Source of the DNA: Mobula hypostoma
Taxonomy: Eukaryota
Direction of reading: 5' to 3'
NCBI RefSeq assembly: GCF_963921235.1
Contig: NC_086101.1
Location: 30,070,001-30,134,000 of the forward strand
DNA length: 64,000 nucleotides
Of this stretch, positions 23,935 through 36,500 are shown piece after piece. Numbering within the stretch: the stretch's first letter is position 1; every line of letters begins with the position of its first letter. The position numbers and the translations under genes are program-made. The notes below the pieces were generated by a model. It saw nothing but the letters and a program-made list of their open reading frames with translations, was not told where the DNA came from and did no database searches.

Positions 23935-25290
23935 TAGAATCAGAATCAGAATCAGGTTTAATATCACCAGCATGCGACACAAAATTTGTTAACTTAGCAG
24001 CAGCAGTTCAATACATTATCCAGAAGAGAAAAAAAAAATTATAATAATAAATAAACAAGTAAATCAATTACAGTAGATTAAAAAAAACTTGCAAATAACA
24101 GAAATACTGTATGCTAAAAACAGTGAGGTAGTGTCCAAGGATTCAATGTCCGCTTAGGAATTGGATGGCAGAGGGGAAGATGCAGTTCCTGAATCACTGA
24201 GTGTGTGTCTTCAGGCTCTGTACCTCCTACCTGATGGTAACAGTGAGAAAAGGGCATGCCCTGGGTGCTGGAGGTGTTTAATATTGGATGCTGCTTTTCT
24301 GAGACACTGCTCCCTGAAGATGTCCTGGATGCTTTGTAGGCTAGTACCCAAGATGGAGCTGATTAGATTTACAACCATCTGCAGCTTCTTTCACTCCTGT
24401 GCAGTAGCATCCCCCATCCCCCATCCCCCATACCAGACAGTGATGCAGTCTGTCAGAAAGCTCTCCACGGTACATCTATAGAAGTTTTTGAGTGTATTTG
24501 TTGACATGTCAAATCTCTTCAAACTCCTAATAAAGTATAGCCGCATCATGCCTTCTTTATAACTTAATCAATTTGTTGAGACCAGGTTAGATCCTCAGAG
24601 ATCTTGACACTCAGGTACTTGAAACTGCTCACTCTCTCCACTTCTGATCCCTCTATGTGGATTGGTATGTGTTCCTTCATCTTACCCTTCCTGAAATCCA
24701 CAATCAGCTTTTTCGTCTTACTGACATTGAATGCCAGGTTGTTGCCGGGACACCACTCCACTAGTTGGCATATCTCACTCCTGTATGCCCTCTTGAGATT
24801 CTACCAACAATGGTTGTATCGTCAGCAAATTTATAGATGGTATTCGAGCTATCCCTATCCATGCAGTCATCTGTATATAGAGCAGAGCAGTGAGCTAAGC
24901 ACACGGCCCTGATGTGCGCTGATGTTGATTGTCAGTGAGGAGGATATGCTAAAAACCATCCACAAAGATTGTGGTCTTCCAGTTAGGAAGTTGAGGATCC
25001 AATTGCAGAGGGAGGTACAAAGGCCCAGGCAACTTCTCAATCAGGATTATGGGAATGATAGTATTAAATGCTCAGCTATAGTGGATGAACAGCACCCTGA
25101 GGTAGGTGTTAGTATTGTCCAGGTGGTCTAAAGCCATGTGGACAGCCACTAAGATTGCATCTTCCATCGACCTACAAATTGCAATGGGTTCAGGTCCTTG
25201 CTGAGGCAGGAATTCAGTCTAGTCATGACCTGCCTCTCAAATCATTTCAACACTGTTGATATGACAGCATCCAACATGTTCCTGTAGGTA
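23935..25290 (-). mobile_element. Rex1/Babar-type LINE RT 3' half
   Basis: WCPGNNLAFNVSKTKKLIVDFRK...VERVSSFKYL.V.ISEDLTWS on the - strand; (AGAATC)n tail at ~23935. Confidence 0.85.
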
Positions 25291-26317
25291 AAAATGTAAC
25301 AATAACTAGCCAATGGTCTTCTTTCTGAAATTTTAATGCATATCAACAGGGCTACCAGCAAGCTTTTCTCAGTATATAGGTGTGAAATACTTATATCCCC
25401 TGAAAGTGCAGATAGGGAGGCTATTTGATATTAAATACTCTGGCAGTGAAGAACTCCCAAAGTATTGTCCCCTCTGAAGTTCACTAATCTGTCAGGGCAG
25501 GTGAATGAGATTTATGACCAACAGTCAGCTACTTTTTATTACCTGCCAAAAATGGCAGTAAGTATTTCCTGCCTCAGATGTTGCAGACGTTCCATCTCCT
25601 ACATTTTTAACCAGTGATGATTTAAAAGCCAGGATGAGACAGACTGAGTGATGAAGATAATTCAACTGACCATAGAAGAAGTGGCAGAATTCTCCTGTCC
25701 AAGAATTCCTGGTTTTCCACATTACCACATAGTATAGATTGATTGATTGCACTATGTACTTATGAAAGGATTAATTTGGTGTTAAATGTACTGGTAGAGA
25801 GGCCCTGCACTATAATAATCTGACATTACTCATAGTTTGGGTCACTTAGATTAGTTCCTATCTGGACAAATCCACTACTGAATTGTGAAGACGTAAGAGA
25901 ATACAGATACTAGAATGTAGGGTAACAAACAAGTTGTTGGGGGAATTCGATTGGTCAAGTAGTATCTGTGGAGCGAAATGGAGATTTAATATTTTAGCTC
26001 AACCTTTATCAAACTACATATATGACACTATATTCAACCATTAGATCTATTTTCTTGTGGGAATACTCAATAAATCCAAAATAGAATAATAACTGTAACA
26101 GAATCAATGAAAGACTGCACCAACATGGCCTTCAGCCAGTGTGCAGAAGACAACAAACTGTGCAAATACTAACAGAAAGAAAAAATAATAAATAAATAAA
26201 TAAACAAACAAACAGACAATAAGTACCAAGAACGTGTGATGAAGATTCCTTGAAATTGATTCCTTTGGTTGTGGGAACATTTTAATGTGGCAAGTAAAGT
26301 TGAGTGAAGTCATCCTC

Positions 26318-26695
26318 TTTGACCACAAGACCATGTGATATAGCAACAGAATTAGTCCATTTGGCCCATGGAGTCTGCTCCACCATTTCATCATGGCTGA
26401 TCCATTTTTCCTCTCAGCCCCAATCTCCTGCCTTCTCCTCATATATCTTTGTGCCCTGACCTATCAAGAATCTATCAACCTCTGCCTTAAATATGCATAA
26501 AGACTTGGCCTCCACAGCTGTCTGTGACGAGTTCTACAGATTCACACCCTTGGGCTAAAGAAATTCCTCCTCATCCCTGTTCTAATAGGATGGTCCTCTA
26601 TTTTGAGGCTGTTTCCTCTGGTCTTAGGCACTCCCACCATAGAAAACATTCCCTTCTCGTCCACTCTATCAAGACCTTTCACCATTCTATAGGTT
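26318..26695 (-). mobile_element. CR1 3' end
   Basis: Reverse CR1 3' UTR (GACCACAAGACCATG...CCATTTGGCCCATGGAGTCTGCTCC) and the end of ORF2. Confidence 0.8.
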
Positions 26696-27555
26696 CAGGA
26701 GAATGATGGTTGAGGAGTAATAACTGTTCCTGAACCTGGTTATGTTAGTCCTGAAACTCCTGTACTTTCCTTCTGATGGCAGCAGCAAGAGGAAAGTATC
26801 ACCTTGGTGGCTGGGGTGATAAGTGGATGCCAGTGAGGACAGGTGATAAGCACATGAAATACAGGCAAGCAGGAATAGTGACAGATGCTGGGGAGGCAGA
26901 CAAAATTGACTGCAGCTGCTGGAATATTGAACAACAAAGTATTGCAGGAAGAGGTCTGAGGGTCAGGCAGCAATGAAGAAGGACATGGATTGTTTATGCT
27001 TGCAGACAGAAGAAATTGCAGATAGAAGAATCTGGAAGAGACACTGCTGAATCATGGCAAGACAACTCACTTTATGAATGTAAGCACAGTGAGCACAACT
27101 GTCATTGATCTCAATCAATGAATGGAAGCTTGGTTACACTGAATAATATAGATTACATGAAATAGGCAAAAAAATCTAAATAGTCCACGTTTATATTCAC
27201 ACTCTGCACTATTCCAAGTATTTGTATAGTCCTTCACCCATTCTCATTCATGTCCTTGTCCACATTCTTGCAAAATTCATCCTGACTAAAAGAATGATAC
27301 TTTTGAAAGTATTTTTTCATTCTTTCCCTTTGTCCTACCAAAGATGTTTCTCCTGAATTCCTTCCTGTGTATATTAGAGCTCATCAAGTCTGCACGGTTA
27401 CAATTTCTTGATTCCGCCAGCATGAGATTATCTCTTCTGTACATATATTCTTCACTTTTCTGAGCTCTGCTGAATACTCTTTTCTGCAGAGATCCATCTA
27501 TTGTATAGAAAGTTTTGACTCTATCTCAACACATTCCCTGGAGAGGACTGCAGAA

Positions 27556-28019
27556 ATGTGTGGTCGTATTAGCTCACAGACGGGCAACCATACTCAATGA
27601 ATTAATACATAAAACAGATGAAGTAATTTGGTTTAACGAGGATTAGGCAGCTTAGTCTTGAATTCCACTGGTCAGGTCCTCTTTTTGGAGTTGAAATGAA
27701 GTAAGCCAATAAGTTGAAAAGACCTCAAATGACTTTAAAGTAATTTACTAATTCAACACCCTACTTAACCATCCAAATGGTTAACTGCTGCTGTAACTAT
27801 ATGTTATAATTATGTGGCCTTGTCAGTGTTAGTCTTTGGTTTGTCCAGTTTATTTTGTGATATCATTCCGTAGGAACATTGTATCATTTCTTAATGCATG
27901 CATGTATTTCTAAATGACAATAAACGAGGACTGAGTGTCCTCATAATCTAATCTAAATGCAGGAACAGAGGAAGCAAAACAAAACAAACTCTTACCTTGC
28001 TATGGCATCCAGTTAAGTT
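27556..28019 (+). repeat. Direct repeat copy B (intron 4)
   Basis: Matches copy A with scattered substitutions and one ~20-bp indel near the 3' end. Confidence 0.9.
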
Positions 28020-29352
28020 CTGAACTTAAAGGGAGCTAATCCCAACGACACATCAAGCAAAAGTATGCTGCATCTATTTCATAACCTATGAACTTGCTTC
28101 ACAGATAAGTTCTGTAAAGATTTCATACTGCACTCTCCAGGGCCCTTCTGATGTTCTGAAGATAGCTGATCAGTACAAACTGATTGTAACTTTATCCATG
28201 TGTGTGTTTATGTAAGAGATAGACAGATACAGAATGAGGGAAGAAAGGAGGGAGAGAGAGAGGGAAAGAGGGAGAGAGAGACCACCGAATTGCAATGTGT
28301 CAACAGAGCTTAAAGCTTTTGAAGTCTTATAGTTATAAACTTCTTTATTTCCATTTGTTCTAGCAAATTTCTTTGCAGTCCAAAAACATAAGAAGGAAAT
28401 ATCTTTATTGTCTTCACAACTGAACACTAATCTATATATTTCTGGTACTTGTTTGTTTCTCTGAAATTTTAATTACTCCGGAGATGCTCTATTTTTGTTC
28501 CTACCATTGGGGATGAGGTACATAATCCTGAAGACTAACACTCAGTGATTCAAAAACATCTCCTTCCCCTCCACTATCAAATTGCTGAAATGTCCATCAA
28601 CCCATGAACACTATCCCATTATTCTTCTTTTTTGCACTGTGCATTTTTTTTTTGTAAATTAAAGCAATTTTATGTTTATATGCTGTGTTGCTGCTGATAA
28701 CTTCACTTCATCTATGCCAGTGATAGCAAAACTGTTTCTGTTCAAATCAAATCAAATCAAGTTTAATCATCATTCAACCCATACATAGATACAGCCGAAT
28801 GAGAAAGCATTCCTCTGGGGCCAATGTACAAAGCATTCACGATAGCAAGCAAACATTCAAAAGAGTAAGTAACATGATTCAACATAGCCAGTGAAGAAGC
28901 ACATTCATTCAAAAAAACATGTATATAGTTCAAGAACCTCAGTGACAAAGTCCGGCAATCATGGTACAGTGTCCCAGCAGCATGCAGATGCATGCAATCT
29001 AGCCTGTCATTCCACCTCTCAAACATGGGCGAACAGCAGCAATGGAAGAGGCCAAGTCCCAGCCGAGCATAGATGCCACGGTTCTCCCCTGGTCTGCAGT
29101 AGCAGGCAAGCCCAAGGCTTGAAACCTAGCCCTCACTAGACCCAAGGCCACACAACTTCCATGTCTTCTATCCCACCACCAGACAAGGGTAGGTAGGTAG
29201 AGGTAGGTTTACCTGTGTTATTTGTGGAAAGGAGGAAGTATGCGTGGTGTCAGATGCGGGAGGTCCTGGAGTTTCCCAGTCTTCTGGACAGCCATATCTG
29301 AACCAGGTGTGTCGAGCTGCAGCTTCTAAGAGACTGAGTTGGAGAACTGGAG

Positions 29353-30153
29353 ATGCAGTTCGATGACCCTCGCCTGGTCAGGGAGAGCGAGGAGGTGATA
29401 GAAAGGAGTTATAGGCAGTTGGTCACACCGGGGCCACAGGAGACAGACAAGTGGGTCACAGTCAGGAGGGAGAAGGGGAAGAGTCAGGTACTAAAGAGTA
29501 CCCCTGTGGCTGTACCCCTTGACAATAAGTACTCCTGTTTAAGTGCTGACGGCGGGGACAGCCTACATGGGGAAAGTGACAGTGGATGTGCCTCTGGCAT
29601 AGAGTCTGCCCTTGTGGCTCAGAAGGGTAGGCAAAGGAAGAGGAAGGCAGTAGTGATAGGGGACTCTATAGTTAGGGGGTCAGACAGGCGATTCTGTGGA
29701 TGCAGGAATAAAACTAGGATGGTAGCTTGCCTCCCAGGTGCCAGGGTCTGGGATATTTCAGATCGTGTCCAAGATATCCTGCAGTGGGAGGGAGAACAGC
29801 CAGAGGTTGTGGTACATATTGGTACCAATGACATAGGTAGGAAAAGGGAAGAGGTCCTGAAAAAAGACTACAGGGAGTTAAGAAGAAAGTTGAGAAGCAG
29901 GACCACAAAGGTAGTAATCTTGGGATTACTGCCTATGCCACGCGACAGTGAGAATAGGAATAGAATGAGGTGTAGGATAAATGTGTGGCTGAGGGATTGG
30001 AGCAGGGGGCAGGGAATCAGATTGCTGGATCATTGGGACCTCTTTTGGGGCAGGTGTGACCTGTACAAAAAGGGCAGGTGGCACTTGAATCCCAGGGGGA
30101 CCAATATGCTGGTGGGGAGGTTTGCTAAGGCTACTGGGGAGAGTTTAAACTAG
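29353..30153 (+). CDS. CR1 ORF1 SGNH/GDSL esterase-like domain (open, 266 aa)
   Basis: VIGDSIVRG (block I), HIGTND (block III) and WHLN at block V, where the usual DGLH reads GRWH. Confidence 0.7.
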   Translation: MQFDDPRLVRESEEVIERSYRQLVTPGPQETDKWVTVRREKGKSQVLKSTPVAVPLDNKYSCLSADGGDSLHGESDSGCASGIESALVAQKGRQRKRKAVVIGDSIVRGSDRRFCGCRNKTRMVACLPGARVWDISDRVQDILQWEGEQPEVVVHIGTNDIGRKREEVLKKDYRELRRKLRSRTTKVVILGLLPMPRDSENRNRMRCRINVWLRDWSRGQGIRLLDHWDLFWGRCDLYKKGRWHLNPRGTNMLVGRFAKATGESLN

Positions 30154-30254
30154 AATTTTTGGGGATTGGGAACTGAACTGAAGAGACTGGGGAAGAGGAG
30201 GTTGGCTGACAAATAGAGAAAGCTGGTAGACAGTGCGAGAGGGAGGATAGGCAG

Positions 30255-33062
30255 GTGATAGAGAAGGGATACGCTCAGACCGAAGGTTTGAGATGTGTCT
30301 ATTTTAATGCAAGGAGTGCTGCGAACAAAGTGGATGAGCTTAGAGTGTGGATCAGTACTTGGAGATACAATGTGGTGGCCATTACAGAGACTTGGATGGT
30401 TCAGGAACAGGAACAGTTCCTTCAAGTGCCGGGTTTTAGATGTTTCAGAAAGGACAGGGAGGGAGACAGAAGAAGTAGGAGCATGGCACTGTTGATCAGA
30501 GATAGTGTCACGGCTGCAGAAAAGTTGGACACTGTAGAGGGATTGTGTATGGAGTCTCTGTGGGTGGAGGTTAGAAACAGGAAGGGGTCAATAACTTTAC
30601 TGGGTTTTTTTATAGGCTGCCCAGTAGTAAAAGGGATATCAAGGAACAGATAGGGAAACAGATCCTGGAAAGATGTAGTAATAACAGAGTTGTCGTGATG
30701 GGAGGCTTTAATTTCCCAAATATCGATTGGCATCTCCCTAGATCAAGGTGTTTAGATGGGGTGGTGTTTGTTAGGTCTGTTCAGGAAGGTATCATGACAC
30801 AATATGTAGATAAGCTTACAAGAGGAGAGGCTGTACTTGATTTGGTATTGGAAAATGAACCTGGTCAGGTGTCAGATCTCTCAGTAGGAAAGCATTTTGG
30901 AGATAGTGATCATAATCCTATCTCCTTTGCAATAGCATTGGAGAGAGATAGGAAAAGACAAGTTAGAAAAGCGTTTAATTGGAGTAAGGGGAGTAATGAG
31001 ATTATCAGGCAGGAAATTGGAGGCTTAAATTGGAAACAGATGTTCTCAGGGAAAACTACAGAAGAAGTGTGGCAAATATTCAGGGGATATTTGTGTGGAG
31101 GTCAGCATAGGTATGTTCCAATGAGACAGGGAAGTTATAGTAAGGTACAGGAACCATGGTGTAAAAATGTTGTAATAAATCTAGTCAAGAAGAAAAGCAA
31201 AGCTTACAAAAGGTTCAAAGAGCTAAGTAATTTTAGACATCTAGGAGATTATAAGGCTAATAGGAAGGAACTGAAGAAGGAAATTAGGACAGCCAGAAGG
31301 GGCCATGAGAAAGCCTTGGCGGGAAGGATTAAAGAAAACTGCAAGGCATTCTACAAGTATGTGAAGAGCACAAGGATATGACATGAAAGAATAAGACCTA
31401 TCAAGTGTGACAGTGAGGACATGTGTATGGATCCGAAGGAAATAGAAGAGGTACTTGATGAATACTTTAGTATTCACTGTGGAAAAGGATCTTGGTGATT
31501 GTAGTGATGACTTGCAGTGGACTGAAAAGCTTGAGCATGTAGATATTAAGAAAGAGGATGTGCTGGAGATTTTCGGAAGCTTCAAGTTGGATAAGTCGCC
31601 GGGACTGGATGAGATGTACCCCTGTCTACTGTGGGATGTGAGGGAGGAGATTGCAGAGACTGCAGCGATGATCTTTGCACCATCAATGGGGAGGGGAGTG
31701 GTTCCGTAGGATTGGAGAGTTGTGGATGTTGTTCCTTTATTCAAGAAAGGGAGTAGAGATAGCCCAGGAAATTATAGACCAGTAAATCTTACCTCAGTGG
31801 TTGGTAAGTTGATGGAGAAGATCCTGAGAGGCAGGATTTATGAACATTTAGAGATGTATAATATAATTAGGAATAATCAACATGGCTTTGTCAAGGGCAG
31901 GTCGTGCCTTACGAACCTGATTGAATTTTTTGAGGATGTGACTAAACACGTTGATGAAGGAAGAGCAGTAGATGTAGTGTATATGGATTTCAGCAAGGCA
32001 TTTGATAAGGTACCCCATGCAAAGTTTATTGTGAAAGTAAGGAGGCATGGGATCCAAGAGGACATTGCGTTGTGGATCCAGAACTGGCTTGCACATAGAA
32101 GGCAAAGAGTGGTCATAGATGGGTCATATTCTGCATGGAGGTCGGTCACCAGTGGAGTGCCTCAGGGATCTGTTCTGGGACCCTTACTCTTTGTGATTTT
32201 TATAAATGACCTGGATGAAGAAGTGGAGGAATAGGATAGTAAGTTTGCTGATGACACAAAGCTTGAAGGTGTTGTGGATAGTGTGGAGGGCTGTCAGAGG
32301 TTACAACGGGACAGTGATAGGATGCAAAACTAGGCTGAGAAGTGGCTGATGGAGTTCAACCCAGATAAGTGTGACGTTGTTCATTTTGGTAGGTCAAATG
32401 TGATGGCAGAATATAATATTGATGTTAAGACTCTTGGCAGTGTGGAGGATCAGAGGGATCTTGGGGTCCGAGTCCATAGAACGCTCAAAGCAACTGCACA
32501 GGTTGACTCTGTGGTTGACAAGGTGTACGGTGTATTGGCCTTCATCAATCGTAGGATTGAATTTAGGAGCTGAGAGGTAATGTTGCAGCTATATAAGACC
32601 CTGGTCAGACCCCACTTGGAGTACTGTGCTCAGTTCTGGTCACCTCACTGCTGGAAGAATTTGGAAGCCATAGAAAAGGTGCAGAGGAGATTTACAAGGA
32701 TGTTACCTGGATTGGGGAGCATGCCTTATGAGAATAGGTTGAGTGAACTTGGCCTTTTCTCCTTGGAGCGACGGAGGATGAGAGGTGACCTGATAGAGGT
32801 GTATAAGATGATGAGAGGCATTGATCATGTGGATAGTCAGAGGCTTTTTCCCAGGGCTGAAATAGTTGCCACAAGAGGACACCAGTTTAAGATGCTGGGG
32901 AGCAGGTACAGAGGAGATGTCGGGGATAAGTTTTTTATTCAGAGAGTGGTGAGCCCATGGAATGGACTGCCAGCAACCGTGGTGGAGGTGGATAAGATGG
33001 GGTCCTTTAAGAGACTTTTGGATATGTACATGGAGCTTAGAAAAATAGAGGGTTATAGGTAA
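30255..33062 (+). pseudogene. CR1 ORF2 (APE-RT), disrupted
   Basis: Consecutive ORF-track fragments 30255-30653, 30695-31381, 31455-31709, 31722-32234, 32349-32573 and 32580-33062. Confidence 0.92.
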
Positions 33063-34110
33063 GCCTCGTAATTTCTAAGGTAGGGACATGTTCGGCACAA
33101 CTTTGTGGGCCAAAGTGCCTGTATTGTGCTGTAGGTTTTTTCACTGTTTCTATGTTTCTATAAAGAGACTGGCAATAGGCTACAGCCATGGAGCCAGGTC
33201 AACAGCGAGGCAAATGCTGATGGCTATATTTGGGATGTTCTGGTTTAGACCATAAGACTATAGAGAAAGGCCATTTGGCCTATCAGGTCTGTTCCACCAT
33301 TCCATCATGGCAAGGGCAACAGGCCTGTGGCAACTTAAATTATCACTGTTGATCAGCGTCTTGTGATTGCAAATGAAATGACCAAGACAATCTCCCACGG
33401 TTATATTGAACTAATTCTGATGCTTCCAAGTAGCAGACAGGAACACGGTCTTCAGCCAGGTCAGCTCTTTCATACTGAAACTGGCTCCTCTAACATCTTT
33501 ATCACCTCCTTTCCTGATATCTCAACTGGCTCCTTCTCCCACATCCAGTCGGTCCCTTCAATATCTCAGCTTACTCCACTTCCAACAGCAGTGCAGCTAT
33601 TGTGATCAATGAGTAGTTCACTGATGGAAGCCCTGCAGTACTCAAAATTCTTGGAGTAGAATTGTCTTTGGATTGTTAAAAGCAAATTGTACAAAGAAAA
33701 AGATATCTTTTTTTGGCCTCTAAGAAGCAGTTACTTTCGCTCATGCCGCAATCCTACCCAAAGTTGTAAATGATGTCTCAATGTTAATATGAACTTAAAA
33801 GTTTTTACATTGATTTATTTTAAACATAGCTCTGCAGAAGATCATGGACATTCTTGGATAGGTACTTGGAGCTGAGAAAAATAGAGGGCTATGGGTAACC
33901 TTAGGTAGTTTCTAAGTAAGTACATGTTTGGCACAGCATAGTGGGCCGAAAGGCCTGTATTCTGCTGTAGATTTTGTATGTTTCTATATTTTCTGTATTT
34001 ATGTCTAAATTACATTATAACTTGATGTGAACAGTACAAGTTTAATGCAGATAATAAAATGTTACAAAGTGGTTATCAAAAAAATTGAAATATTCTCTAT
34101 GTATCCACAG

Positions 34111-34328
34111 AGAGGACAACAAAGAAAGATACAAAGACAGTGCCTGTGGCTGGAGTTGCAATCATTCCACTCATTCTCCTCGGGATCATCATTGGAATTG
34201 GCTTCTGGAGGAAGAAGAATTACAGCAAACCTCTGAGTAACCAGCAAGGACCTGCTGAAATGAACGATGATCAACAGCGTACTGTTGTGACCGGGAGAGA
34301 CAAAGGCTTCCTCAGCGCTGACAAATAG
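34111..34328 (+). CDS. MHC class I-like gene, exon 5 (connecting peptide, TM, cytoplasmic tail, stop)
   Basis: CCACAG acceptor in phase 1. Reads ERTTKKDTKT-VPVAGVAIIPLILLGIIIGIGFW-RKK (hydrophobic TM plus basic stop-transfer), then a 39-aa tail to TAG at 34326-34328. Summed exons = 1071 nt, in frame. Confidence 0.85.
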
Positions 34329-35699
34329 CTTTTCATTTCATCCATTAGTGTTGTGATTGTTGTATTTACTACCTATTCCCTGATGTTCCAAACCTGTTAA
34401 TAGGGCATAGATTTGTTATGAGGGTTCATCCATTTAAAATAGAAATGAGGTGGAATTTCTTTCCAGAGACACATAAATTTCTTCAATTTCAATTCTTGCT
34501 CCAGTGTCAAGTTCAATGAATGTTTCCAAGACTGTGAAATTCAGGTTTTTGGAACATAGGTTAATCAAGGATTTGGGAAATTATGTAGAAAAATGCTCAG
34601 TATCGGACTGGCCATAATTTCACTGAATGATAGAACATGTTGAAAGGGGCTCACAACTGATTCCTGCTCCTAGTTCACTTGCCCATTTGTCAAGACTCTC
34701 CACAACATACTCTGCATTACTTCATCAGCTACTTGATGGTACAGTGGAGAATTAATTTTATGTTGCTTTTAACTCCTCACCATACTTCAGTGTACTTTTT
34801 GGGCTAGCCTTAAGGGCTACCTTTGTTTTAATCCTGGACCATGTCATACGTGTTTTTATTGAACAATGTAATGTGTGCTGGGCCTAGTTGTGGAATACTG
34901 TCTGGAGGGCAGACTGGGAACAAAACTCAGTGTCTAAGTGTGTGGTGTTGCAATAACTGTGAATATCTTTTACATGCATTGTACACAGTTTTATTATGTT
35001 TCCAATGAGCATTGCTTCTGATTTTTATAATTTATTAGAGTAGTCTTTGGGAGGATTGATTTTAAAAAAGCACACTATATCTGAGTTATACATCTGTCAT
35101 TGCTAACAGAGTAATGAGATTTTTTTATTTTACTTTTGTAGTGCTGTATTTGCATGAAGTTTCTTTAGTCAAAGAGAATATAAGCAAGTTTACTTTTTAA
35201 CCAGCCTTGAAATACCTGTCTGGAGATGTGTATTTCTATGTTGAATAATTACAATTTATATTTTCCTCTTTTTGACCGGTTGACTATTCCGTCATTACAA
35301 AGCGAGGAGATCATTATCCAAAAGCAGAGGTGCAGAACCCATCTCTCATCTCACATCAGTTGGATGTTTGTCTACAGCTGCCTAAAGATCTGAGCATTTC
35401 CAATTACCAAGCTCACCTTGTCTATAATATTTGGTGCACCCAAAGGAACATTAAGAGACTTTTAGATAGAAACATGGATGAAAAAAAACAGAGAGAAGGG
35501 TTAGATTGATCTTAGTGGAAGTTAAAGTACAACATCACAGGCTGAACGACCTGTAGTGTGCTGTACTGTTGACATCCTATAGTTTCAGCAACATCTTTAA
35601 GCTGATGGCAAAATAATATTTAAAAGAACTACAGATGCTGGTTCTGTGACTGAGTCACAGGAGACCGGAAGCTGATTGAAGCCAAATGTCTTTATCATG

Positions 35700-36500
35700 C
35701 CAAGCTTTCATAATTTCAAAAATAATCTTTATTCATAATAAATTATGCAGACTAAAAGAGAAACATTGCAAAATTCTTTACTTTGTTAGTATCATGAGGT
35801 CAATTCATACAATAGTATTAACACTTAATAGTAACTTAATATATAGAGCAGTTCTCTTACAAATGATGTAGTTCAATGTGCTTTAAGATGGGATAAAGTG
35901 CAAATATAAAGACAAAAAGTTGCTATTTGAAAGCAGGGTTAAATAAACAGACTTGGGCATTTAAATGTGTCAACTGAATCTGCATTCGTTATAGATTTAG
36001 ATATTGAGTTCCAAAGTTTAGGAGCATATTTTAAAAAGCTGATCTGCTAATTAGATTTTGAGGGTGATGGTTTAATTTTAAGGGAGCTGTGGAAGAAGAC
36101 CTGAGAGATTGAACAGGATTATAAAACAATAGTGATTCTGTGACGTACACAAGTCCCAGAGCACTGAGAGCATTATAAGCAAGTAAGAGAACTTTGAAAT
36201 CAATTCCAAAAAACACAGGAAGCCAGTGCAGGGTAGTTAAGATAGGAGTGATATGCTCCCTTATCCTGGTTTTAGCTGAGAGTGTAGCAGTGGCATTCTG
36301 AATGTGTTGGTTTATCAATAAATTTCTTCAGAAGACCAGTAAAACGTGCATTGCCATAACCTAATATATTCAATATAATGGTGTGAATTAGTTATCTGTG
36401 GCTCCATGAAGCGATAAACACTTTCATTGTTTGAGGGGCATCCTTACCCAACACAGCCCCTCCATGTCCATTAGTGGATGGAACCTAGAGAACAGAGTAT
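35700..36500 (-). mobile_element. L2 LINE 3' fragment
   Basis: IQNATA...REHITPILTTLHWLPV..IDFKVLLLAYNAL is the L2 ORF2 C-terminal motif. Confidence 0.8.

Larger units (their letters stand above)
29215..33160 (+). mobile_element. Near full-length CR1 LINE in intron 4
   Basis: Zinc-finger remnant, SGNH esterase ORF1, APE (LRCVYFNARS...ITETW...SDHN), RT ([23 protein letters not shown]) and a TTTCTATG tail. ORF2 is broken by a few stops and frameshifts. Confidence 0.95.

Noticed and set aside
25578-25651. Possible alternative terminal exon after alpha3 (CCTCAG|, phase 1, DVADVPSPTFLTSDDLKARMRQTE*) giving a secreted isoform
   Set aside because: Short pyrimidine tract and no nearby poly(A) signal. 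Such a match is expected by chance in a 10.8-kb intron; it needs RNA-seq support.
27244-27525. ~80 open codons on the - strand (DRVKTFYTIDGSLQKRVFS...KVSFF*)
   Set aside because: No recognisable domain and no convincing splice or start context.
28235-28282. GA-rich simple repeat
   Set aside because: Ordinary low-complexity tract.
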